DNA of 24,417 nt, taken from a virus. Taxonomy: Duplodnaviria > Caudoviricetes. The translations under genes were made by a program, and so were the position numbers. Positions 20,701 through 24,417 of the stretch are shown here, one piece after another (the stretch's first letter is position 1; each line of letters begins with the position of its first letter). Location of the stretch: the IMG/VR virus record IMGVR_UViG_3300017909_004166, positions 1-24,417 of that record, one strand, 5' to 3'. The notes under the pieces are model-generated. The model did not search any database, was not told where the DNA came from, and was given only the letters and a program-made list of their open reading frames with translations.

Positions 20701-22738
20701 CATCCGCCTTGATGACATCAAGTACAGTCGTGCCACTCCCTAAGTCATACGAGCCTGCAGGGACCGTCTTCTCAACCATCAACAATGGATTCGAGGCACT
20801 CATACTCGCCCCTGTCAGGTCGATTGCGTTGTAGTGAACTTCAACAAAAGGAGCCAGATTGTGAGAGGATTGTAGTGTGGGAACTTTGAGAATGGCAACA
20901 CGAGAGGTGGCTTCAGGAGTCAGATGATACAACCGAGTATCTGCATCCCTCGTATCACTGGGCACGGGGCCTTTGAGTATGAAAGGCTCGTAGTCAAAGT
21001 CGCTACCACCAATCGCAATCATCTCGGCAACTGATGAAGGAAGACCATTATCGATGACTTGTCCCACGACACCCTCATACTCAACACTGAGAACGTCAAC
21101 CTCGACTGCTGAGAAGTAGACATCAGCGAGACCGTTTGCTTTGAACAAATCACCAACAGATGCAGATGCATTCTCGTAAATCATCGACACAACATCGGAT
21201 GACCCATCTGAGATTTGGTCGACTGTCATCGACGTAGGCTTGGGATATCGCCGCATGTATTCGTGACCCGTCACATGAGAGAACATGTGGCGACCGCTGT
21301 GTCCAACTTGGAACAGCGTATCCAGTGTACTGGGCCAAACGACAGCGAATGGGTTGTTTGTATCTGTCGTCGTAGTCGCCATGCGGCTGGAGTACACCAG
21401 ACCGTGCTGGTCCTCTCCACTCTCATCGAGCACCATTTGACCTGTGCGGTCAAAGACTTGAGTTCCATAATGAGGTGGCTGGTAGGGCTTTCCTGTCCCG
21501 TTATCGATGAGAAGGTCAGCGGCAACGACGACGAAGTAGTTGTCCACATTTGCCGTTCGACTGTGCAATGCTCCTCGCTCTCCACTTGTCCCGTTGACGA
21601 AATCGATGTGAATGCTGGAGAACGTCACAACACCTGTTGAGCCATTGATGCTCTTGAGGCGAATACGCTCAGGTGGCTTCTGATTCGGCTTCTGCGTATC
21701 TCGATTGATAGCGCCGGGGTTGATGAGTAGATTGTACGGAGTGTGGTCGATAGCGAGTGTGCTAACCGAGCCCGGTGTGGAATAGTAGTCGAGGACCTGA
21801 TACTTCCCCATACTATACGGGGAAGCGGTGAACGTTGTTGTTGGGCTACTGCTATCATACGCTTTCCCCGTAAGGCGAGCGATGAGGTCCTGAGCATCAC
21901 TGGCCGTCATGGTCAGCGTCGTCGTCGTACCGTCAGATGCTGCTGTGAAAGCAGTAAACGAATACTGCTTGTCAACGAGGTCAATCGGCTCTTCAAAGCG
22001 ATACAACGCTGTTGTGACATCACTTGACATCGGAACATCGAGGGTGACCTGAGATTCATCTTGTTCTACACTGAAATGAATGGCTTCGATACCTCCCCGA
22101 AACTCACCTCCCTTTCCACCAACGAAGATGTGCTCTGTTGAACTTGCGATGCGAGCGTAGTCACCTACGACCCTTGAGGCAACCCTGACACCGTTGATGA
22201 ACAACTCCATTGCTCCGTCATTAACACGTGCCAGAACGTGATAGAGGGGGCGATGGTTGTAGTTCAAATTCGTCGCTTCACCGTAGTTCGATGTATCGTA
22301 TCGATTGTAGGAATCGTGAACTCCACCAAATTCCTGTTGCGGATAGATGACACCGTCCCACCTCGTACCAGCGTTCGTAGCAGTTTGAATCGTGTAGACT
22401 TGCCTGCCATTATCATTCTCAATAGTGGCCGAGAATACAGCAGGTCCGGGGGTGTCGACCTCACCAAGTTTCAGGGTGAATTGATTTTCACAGTGAGCGA
22501 TGACACCGCCCGTATCAGGAATGACCCACGCTTCGATGGCGAAATTGCTCTGCCCTTTCGGTGAGATGACGGATGTGTCGTGGTTCCCCATCGACGACTG
22601 GCTGAGGATGGATGTAGCGATACGAGGGCCGTCGATGTTGTCAACGCCGACCTTTGTCAGTCTCCCTTGAGGGATGATGATGGAATCACTCACACCATCG
22701 AAGAAGAACGATTTACTCGACCTTCCGATTGCGACCAT
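5774..22738 (-). CDS. Giant virion structural protein (5654 aa) with N-terminal LamG/concanavalin-A-like domain; putative tail-tip/adhesin
   Basis: Uninterrupted 17-kb ORF with a GAGGTGA SD. N-terminal LamG motifs: FFFDGVSDSI, FAIEAWVIPD, LYHVLARVNDGAMELFINGV, IFVGG..GEFRGGIEAIHFS, ALYRFEE. The composition is Gly/Ser/Thr/Asp-rich and beta-type, and the gene lies two genes downstream of the tape measure gene. Confidence 0.85.
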   Translation of the reverse strand: MVAIGRSSKSFFFDGVSDSIIIPQGRLTKVGVDNIDGPRIATSILSQSSMGNHDTSVISPKGQSNFAIEAWVIPDTGGVIAHCENQFTLKLGEVDTPGPAVFSATIENDNGRQVYTIQTATNAGTRWDGVIYPQQEFGGVHDSYNRYDTSNYGEATNLNYNHRPLYHVLARVNDGAMELFINGVRVASRVVGDYARIASSTEHIFVGGKGGEFRGGIEAIHFSVEQDESQVTLDVPMSSDVTTALYRFEEPIDLVDKQYSFTAFTAASDGTTTTLTMTASDAQDLIARLTGKAYDSSSPTTTFTASPYSMGKYQVLDYYSTPGSVSTLAIDHTPYNLLINPGAINRDTQKPNQKPPERIRLKSINGSTGVVTFSSIHIDFVNGTSGERGALHSRTANVDNYFVVVAADLLIDNGTGKPYQPPHYGTQVFDRTGQMVLDESGEDQHGLVYSSRMATTTTDTNNPFAVVWPSTLDTLFQVGHSGRHMFSHVTGHEYMRRYPKPTSMTVDQISDGSSDVVSMIYENASASVGDLFKANGLADVYFSAVEVDVLSVEYEGVVGQVIDNGLPSSVAEMIAIGGSDFDYEPFILKGPVPSDTRDADTRLYHLTPEATSRVAILKVPTLQSSHNLAPFVEVHYNAIDLTGASMSASNPLLMVEKTVPAGSYDLGSGTTVLDVIKADVANSGIDTRLYAPGGYLEVSQTDTGIGKEFFETNGLIGDNTGGTDSEPEFDLSRTPAVYTPVSNVNAEPNTTPQVIRRSHVTGAHESVYHKMVLARTEVSQGTTSTTLTDAIAPVTEKTATAEFDIGPTFGATPINEVYDIIDNIRVNEFTQRIYVQPSNRARTNMLSGIRTEVTGDDPNRAEFLVLMSRTRIRGAKTEVNPEDNQFIVEVTASGVAESVLSSNVSLAGQGSPDSHIVKEIEPNAPVVTVTLGGPGQGAVNTKPSFDPSQLMRLPGSTRRSCAVQAVGVLAFNNTTATNNILDIQPLNNLSPDLESWGTYCFPKKGRIYLSNGANAEYSSKNSGSFLFTNAGDPVGERRFVGPDGIAHANFFLWCNAAAIVGNTFVSGTRDRISENVFNDGSFGNDSIVEDGSTVNDRLFQSMDTVSHDYQLGTQFASTRAMVEIPVFPKQFFDHEEEGIFPGPDNSMSLWVDATFTAHTWNPSPVGRRPDDLQVADRSANSAYTYSLTTDSFVSSATIMRIEDDGANNFRVYITHPEMFPPVTVATSQDYGNLKKYLRYRRVFLPNGEWAIYNNNPASGAYLNIPKNASATNGYHDGFSANFFDTAVVGSPIHAAQNFRGEVLVPLDSDITTPSSDYEGRSPFYHDAANVETQGGNLDYGLRQYVSAVEFKAGPLTNPHAPRTQSGVAETRAISGSTALGLTFLTLEDASLFPDVPFSLDSSGNPTFEQGDLLYVVEVTPVGSTPVEGLYFGNSISSSNEPENVVIAQMNSSLTAAQLKGARVRLVRAGHSILSVDSPTSSALTTSEKLAAVHFPSTSANQWTFNAAVSASDTTIQITNSANRFAHANSTGTNIREGDHLWTAGTATYSAIDGSDTEYLGQVAAVESERVGGVAYTTVTLAAGSANAATSGHLVGVGSGTLLNNDPDALLNVSWQHPFAQGGLRNGDTVWMNMTLNNPHAIEGLFAKSRGVMNQHQVWRGFNGGEGTLAASRPRDSIPLENFLIGNTCFETAQNFAQHINKTIELNYESMGLDASQAPTIAYVDPYLADDSHARVLLYDVAHDREFIAFHDIHMQVQSGAATPGIGYNRFVSDESPDTKALDKFLAGHNGGAPHYLATQIDVANGFPSENRYLRATQQSKFIESAYAHDIANASTKDLLNGTAGSIAKYVLGDLDNPSKNKHVKGKGHGHFVHTGLYQEQFSNTHAIADSSLPRVQPAVASVYWSNRIHTLTRKSAFNDDFVSALKQHRSGQATSGYSLRDSSTTFDTPDGTRVISAFLCLKGIRSTELSLTDHEESRLKHLPQWTKMDFVRRLKIDFGEVALKDGVTDVETAAREIVRLVNQGAAKKGQSVSADLKRTGSTHDPAPWWDTNQSFESSDRGTHMGYVRAHMGRVIEDLDGNEGFSIIIHSTVPGASGRNFSVWLDNSKGQSTYKPQFLIGHGGRFRNFWCQPDEIEGENMHPAPMPLNKHGRPFAPITTLRELLSQEEPDRPFSSNHDIGARTSETANPEQRNVSARLGGINANSVNDESYTAQSPSTTLVEGLRAAKQAVGRINFGGLVASGVPGFAPDAGTFGFGRRGTSKFDVKYGNAFKIGGVSQESFDDYTDHINPNDVNDDDIGSADLYGFRFEDHRGNGYGVRYVYRKLGEGFANELTVLPSTMDEEIVVYIDDSDIGQGGFTLGNHMLGGGDTTGRIATTGLTLKTFRGNRWRGTYGPSVGIHAHVTWDDDSNTEMTVALQSPFDNTSPATTAFDSDIDILGYLGFPKENGVFQLNDTFHDSGLTNNGSLGNTFSYESRTTEGLAGTHKFFGVRGASFTPSHYITSGPVANDNSGSFTYPRSDDATNTLSCLLTPHINQTTLLTDEVLAYATYIAINSQNPNIEEGIPVDCRHFYAADGRTLGDWGLREDAIRVRAHNPSNGARVLSKMFEAELFTDYGIQAAHIEYGEYDTLKQSSGSWTITSTNTYNEPFSDTVIDKHRQVDCGYLPKTVLQIRTKSRGFNANTATPVLVDSFNNPVSTKSWEDNLKGRAYTRAPGDHILPALDGSTLITSTHSNSGNVFTLDTNNLINHALIPAGQEASPLSTFDRELSFGEKAKFYHGSDKYALISSIQGSDSLSKFTFVNEESNQAWFDEFGGASINAAGAFIRFGGLGQTIAGYRLHGNVDSEPVVLFKGGRDSPDHYVPLYFGGGFSGVVLDVNDGTQNDYGDFYTHPYAAGPTGTAGIQHANEISTSFAMLDCNAMLAFFPATPMLNQHRGSISHPAANKDSILSPDLDVSNHTRHSSLPSFVESRYTNGMVMQRPTPLIVRVAHPNARFDDHKNSEQDHTAYIIYGPGQAFPFSSTSDDDAVVEPHPGYVITTGNIWSKVPTGVNLPNDAKNSAGDYGPETSNYTSRRHRWNFHTHLNWSPAQGVPNVGTENSYGLLQRPEHGYHFGEHFTNPVGNGASTRVNSNNFDDYKRAHPYKHNSIVGYGITMSADLTYHMDGGYLPGGSWLDNQMSFNPPMQKSDYRIVKESWNQVNPTAFRVSGALATAMMAGASAETASNFDRDYIVVDATRCQNGEELAAILGQAINENPGKGALKAMGGTFLPSMGGAMRQDRYGWVELDYVDYEVDGTLSQDPATAQSLTTSHVYVEAKGAGGTQDLLEQIPQSGWIRTKGGGRSPLSRTTGLATTPTFAPYHSREVYDDSGTWTVRFWLAPNRITGLPVLEDYTTFYDVDTDQTNATLPSTSMLDTHASKVYVWTKAGVHRYNNTSSSTSRDHMAQVHFSGLVDAIDRTRPVGVVGWSGERYSYLNTLKVGTEGYAAGLGAWHPALGFSPYGSANSCMSVFGHLPHIHPMKYSPESSPRVSGHSNADTYAEEYQWTRNLASSNTFYTSYTFADAEDSTYSNKPLHLVDVTDNTFSLPRSLHFHQGVYSRGFLVVSYESELPLVAKHDRDGITATGDWLSVTSKTRQSVAAATAITFAGTTQWSERFHDSERFVAPATAGPNIEALIADGTSAPTGDIITAAYQFHVQPSEDGTINNAEPCFAKTGDLFFDMDVSPGSFHLEDAGSVERNLVTKFIEGTSESTFTNKYAQDDYWLGDLNAYQLAANTPSRNFSVEHVVWKRMDGGNLSLPAANARGMGAVPHITRVSGSTAYTTGERLLGNCRFSFETTNAVMFPVVQSQELNHPQISLRHPQQLRNALSIPNEELQFEEVQVVDDTGQVHTVEGGSPFGTIIRAFRTITDREVQGLAPALAGSGNEPNLRVRLPNPDSIPGNLIVRSGFDRLQGYQTETMGSGGMLRPDIATDIKGNFTDETDGPRLGPTFSDHEWDHISQAAVGEAYPDMTRKGWEAATGNAPLDSSYELHDRTLFFHITKCGNTHTHRYPTVYSHSSGITNQDLTGVSFSSGTLTVSATVNTAIFPSGFGDSESDGRRFLRLYNPTTDRGGVASYTGISGATFTGCVGDAEFDSLVTGDITALKVVPSYYVPAGSTRFFAARRMRDHAEVSGNSPDMAHTLYFDDVTSATLAHEILRKPKLTPMAIPSMGHHFVNATMAMMPGHWAHPAYQSLYNLHRSSRSATVENAELALMRAEGLSTLKGSIASSVTDQITGYDPQLVVSSMTATPSGPSDIHGGSFSLMFETKVKHDGYGVLASKGQAGVINSKGGHTIVLEAAATYTLKHHFPDPSEVGAYQIVIQPNVFKSQLIGFHENGPADDLPDSTVDELTSQQVALVIGIREPDSSTGALALVLANATMADVRGCEVFINEVMVDIDPDFGSQFTNLPPMTLFNSFGVNATESPSLSRRSLPYSVNTYTEATPGFTSNIPWYSIVHEVGPDDSTAEGFRHLSWHKLDNYYEFTRTSTGSIATQLTLAGYPSNYPDIYSEVLENVSLNPVCVVETVTSTVITVDDARGFPKTPYYGNKLEYTDANGVIRTHTYTERSGYDATNMNKPKQFTIVANSTFTSNLTAGTKLRLTRAYNFRKAGTILTDATASPAPTTITPFLQGTRDTNSLHLADAFLCLWHPNLGRPHTFYSDSTRTWLSPTGDRAVDKKPYNSMPEHFETIHYHDASYYASLGPFALHMKTPKPPEQAVKSGGYRTVQSTTSSTIVTDTGTALSASTHIFVDGQGFTVSSDNGTTITVNETVSGVATGELVYYGGDGSVATAQSIDSLNNPHVHQGGQFDSTDASTKVMLNHFWPCGSRGGPLVSRLDGYGYVSASWDFPRDYNFDGPVWNDQDDDGSYVVSNGLAKSSYDSFTDATCDTTNTDATVTMDSTAKLVVGMGVSGTGIPGSTTVSSITNGTTFELSANATATNSNTTLTFTPVQTRTRPFGYRVGLRQPYNKPQWALYGARAFREAAITSTNTSASYTHGPLVQHEAQTWTYAGGDTAQSDASYTAKYVGILERHTNFSGLLGVDKPEMQVRYADGMRMTRPFGCPVRTLRNESTVVRDWWGDSQGMNLARLDKAVEYYLVDWWGNTRGEDIRRYPVRGFGIRPAWDAGDAYEYDRTNGRTPYLRLYNDGNPLVNLKSLVTIGTSNILSSPGKTIPRYGGRVNNTNNNSTTTLVDVFMPTHAQRVGDMGNGRGIRYPTSFNEDVLADLDEIDQTTGIVLSHHTAEPAHKGGLIRARNDVLQTGELSRGISARLGIAEDGLLKPEAVVSDRVETVSGTSVHKDAVSRSSPRIGLDTENIEGVDDNVIAINTEAHSLHTDRNVGQRVVLQGGMQTGSQTLGDYDLTSLTFAGQPQGGVMRLSHTSNFAPVGGTYLAQVRNFLSPISDQGWGTAVSNLGSNPYVTNVFSSASARTNVTDKSITFMLRPVRLLDKQHVEMFRSNLNLHSSSPQYGPTYFSATAGGKYGLYTYEVPNGRASDGYYVRGTNPDTNPPYAPSYTMNIASSDTVPASKGPKLLGTSASGFDSTKLDNEVTRIIISENTLQHFRADAPRRRTENEDGESTSRVDFTVQPRFSQALHPKGHKGDVSYNTSDHSGDAS
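5784..5788 (-). promoter_or_regulatory. Shine-Dalgarno site GGTGA for the 63-aa gene
   Basis: Minus strand reads GC GGTGA TGCCTC ATG. Confidence 0.6.
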
Positions 22739-22742
22739 CAGT

Positions 22743-22749
22743 TCACCTC
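22743..22749 (-). promoter_or_regulatory. Shine-Dalgarno site GAGGTGA for the giant ORF, overlapping the upstream stop codon
   Basis: Minus strand reads TTC TGAGGTGA ACTG ATG; complementary to the 16S 3' sequence UCACCUC, a form commonly used in Euryarchaeota. Confidence 0.8.
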
Positions 22750-23989
22750 AGAAGATACGGTCGGCTACGACGAAGATGATAGTGAAGTTGTAGAGTGGCT
22801 CCCCTCCAACTTGAGAGAACGTTGCTCGGTCAATACCACCTTTGATTCCGGTATACCCAGCACCAAATTTCCCTCGGTCTTCCTGAAATGGTGTGCTGGC
22901 ATCCAGTGCATTTCTTGGATGCTTATCATCAACGAACCCCCTATTGCCTCTACCGAGGCCATTCTTAACGTAGAAATTCACGGCTGAGTACTTCTCACTG
23001 GCCGTTGCGTTTACGAATGAATTGAACGGAATCTGTATCCCTGTGATGTAGTCACCTCGACGATTTTCGGTGGCCTTGCGTTTGATATCCAGACTTTGTC
23101 CCCTGTTTCTCTTTCTCTGTCTTCTTCGCTGTCCTGTATTACCATCACGGCTATTGTTGAGAATAGCGAAAAGATGAGCCACCTTATCACCAGCACTCAT
23201 ACTGATTGACTCATCAGAATCAAGTCCACCTGAAAATTTCTTTGTAACGGGTCTACTTACACTGACTGGACTGGCACGAAAAAGTATGGTAGAGTTACCA
23301 CTGACACCTGTAGTTGTTCTTCTCAAACGAACGGCGGAATTCGCTGTACCACTAACGCCAGTGAGAATTTCGGCTGTAACGTTCAGATTCGTCTCAGCCC
23401 AATCATGAAATGCGGTTGCGATGTCTTCAATTGACTGTATTGTCGCCACTGCCAAATTGGCACCCTCAAGTACCTTGAGGTAGTGATGATTTCCGTCATC
23501 ACTCTCTAACTGATTAGCATTCCCAGTGAACGTACCAAAATCGGCGTCAGAACTGCTTGCTAAGCCAAAATAGAGGCGGTAGTTTCTATCATTGCTTGTG
23601 TTCTTGACAGAAAGAAAAGATTTCGATGTCGTCATGTCTTGAACCGTGCTATCATCAGCAGGGTCACGACCACCTCTTGCTATCTTCTTCAAATTGTCTT
23701 CTTTGTAGAAGCCATTGACTTGACCGTTTGAGTTGACTGAGAAGTCCACACTTCCTTCGGCTTTGTTCCCGCTTTCAAAAAGAGGCACCTCATCGTCGGT
23801 GATGAAACCTTCCAATTGGATAATCGAATTGGCGAGGTTCAGGTCGGTTGCGTGTCGACGCCCACCGGAACCTACAATCGCACGGGTGCGGAACTTCCTG
23901 TCGACATCCATAGCGAGATTCGTCACCAAAAGTGGGATGAGTTGACCGTCAGTGCGGACAAGGCGGACAGGGATGCCGTTTGATGCCAT
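22748..23989 (-). CDS. Tail protein following tape measure (putative distal tail protein with inserted domain), 413 aa
   Basis: TGATG overlap with tape-measure stop. Position fits Dit. Beta-strand-type N-terminus (IIQLEGFITDD) and C-terminus (GIKGGIDRATFSQVGGEPLYNFTIIFVV) flank a central domain ending GVSGNSTI...KFSGG. The Dit call is positional. Confidence 0.6.
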   Translation of the reverse strand: MASNGIPVRLVRTDGQLIPLLVTNLAMDVDRKFRTRAIVGSGGRRHATDLNLANSIIQLEGFITDDEVPLFESGNKAEGSVDFSVNSNGQVNGFYKEDNLKKIARGGRDPADDSTVQDMTTSKSFLSVKNTSNDRNYRLYFGLASSSDADFGTFTGNANQLESDDGNHHYLKVLEGANLAVATIQSIEDIATAFHDWAETNLNVTAEILTGVSGTANSAVRLRRTTTGVSGNSTILFRASPVSVSRPVTKKFSGGLDSDESISMSAGDKVAHLFAILNNSRDGNTGQRRRQRKRNRGQSLDIKRKATENRRGDYITGIQIPFNSFVNATASEKYSAVNFYVKNGLGRGNRGFVDDKHPRNALDASTPFQEDRGKFGAGYTGIKGGIDRATFSQVGGEPLYNFTIIFVVADRIF

Positions 23990-24417
23990 CAGAATCGACC
24001 TCGCATTGTTGCACCACCAACGGTACGCGCCAACTCTTGTTGGACCATGTTGCCCAACTCACGCGCCAGTGCACGCTTGTCCGTGCGGTCTGTAATACCA
24101 CCGGCATTGATTGTGATGTTGAACGTGCCACCGCCACCACCCATTGCCATCCCTGCCTTGCGAGCATTCTCTCCGCTCAGCGGCAACACAGCCTCAGGAC
24201 CGGCCTCACCAATCATGGCCAGTGTCGGTCCGTTCACGATACCTCCTGCCGCAAGAGCAGGAATGGTGATTTTCCAATCGCTGAGGTCAAGGCCCAGTGA
24301 GTAGGTCTCACCGAAGATTTGGATGTCCTTGGAGAATGACATCAAATCCATGATGCTGTTCCAGCGTGCTGCGAGACTCTCACCGATTCCAGCAACCCAA
24401 CCGGTCATGTCGGACTT
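23989..24417 (-). CDS. Tail tape-measure protein, C-terminal part (5'-truncated by window edge)
   Basis: Frame is open to the window end (AAG TCC GAC precede the ATG used by the track). It contains IPALAAGGIVNGPTLAMIGEAGPEAVLPL followed by GGGGGTFNITIN, the typical C-terminal signature of many tape-measure proteins. Confidence 0.85.
   Translation of the reverse strand, partial: KSDMTGWVAGIGESLAARWNSIMDLMSFSKDIQIFGETYSLGLDLSDWKITIPALAAGGIVNGPTLAMIGEAGPEAVLPLSGENARKAGMAMGGGGGTFNITINAGGITDRTDKRALARELGNMVQQELARTVGGATMRGRF

Larger units (their letters stand above)
1..24417 (-). mobile_element. Tail/virion morphogenesis region of a tailed dsDNA virus, probably archaeal (magrovirus-like)
   Basis: All credible genes are on the minus strand with overlapping or near-abutting stop/start codons. 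Tape-measure C-terminal motif, hub-like, collar-like and fibre-like proteins occur in tail-operon order, with no cellular housekeeping genes. GAGGTGA/GGTGA SD motifs and a PIP-like motif suggest an archaeal host. Free virus versus provirus cannot be told from this window. Confidence 0.85.

Noticed and set aside
5774-22738. Intein, intron or diversity-generating retroelement target as an explanation for the giant ORF
   Set aside because: I saw no intein splice or LAGLIDADG motifs, no reverse transcriptase and no near-identical repeat pair by eye; a self dot-plot and HMM scan would be needed to exclude them fully.
410-24167. Short alternative-frame minus-strand ORFs inside the large genes (e.g. 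14620-15111, 12217-12651, 5507-5770)
   Set aside because: They are nested out of frame in longer coupled genes and have Ser/Thr/Arg-rich off-frame composition; I saw no support for independent translation.
195-24304. Numerous plus-strand ORFs of 60-193 aa (e.g. 4868-5398, 10584-11075, 15530-16111)
   Set aside because: All lie antisense to well-supported minus-strand genes and have no recognisable motifs; they are expected shadows of codon bias.
24406-24408. ATG at 24408 as the start of a 139-aa gene
   Set aside because: The frame stays open to the window edge and the sequence is a tape-measure C-terminus, so the gene is truncated.
1-24417. tRNA, rRNA, CRISPR array, promoters or terminators
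   Set aside because: Intergenic gaps are at most 9 nt, and no such structures were recognisable.

Overview
The window is one densely packed, minus-strand, translationally coupled virion-morphogenesis operon of a tailed dsDNA virus (Caudoviricetes). An archaeal host is likely, from GAGGTGA/GGTGA ribosome-binding sites and an archaeal-type PIP box; a Marine Group II/Poseidoniales 'magrovirus' is my best guess, but this is inference. In transcription order it holds: the C-terminus of a tape-measure protein, a 413-aa putative distal-tail protein, a giant 5654-aa LamG-containing tail/adhesin protein, a cassette of five small genes, a baseplate-hub-like protein, a small tail-collar-like protein, and a tail fibre of at least 658 aa. 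The ORF track missed the tail fibre because it runs off the left edge. The five-gene cassette (3722-5777) is the most interesting part. Its unrelated proteins share a short leader motif ending in hydrophobic-hydrophobic-Lys (consensus about [HM]-x-x-[AS]-[WF]-x-hydrophobic-hydrophobic-K), which looks like a capsid-targeting or protease-cleavage signal. The cargoes behind it are basic Cys-containing mini-domains, a HiPIP-like four-Cys domain, and a lower-GC putative ADP-ribosyltransferase (R-S-E pattern) with a PCNA-binding PIP-like motif right after the leader. All functional calls rest on motif recognition by eye; no searches were run.
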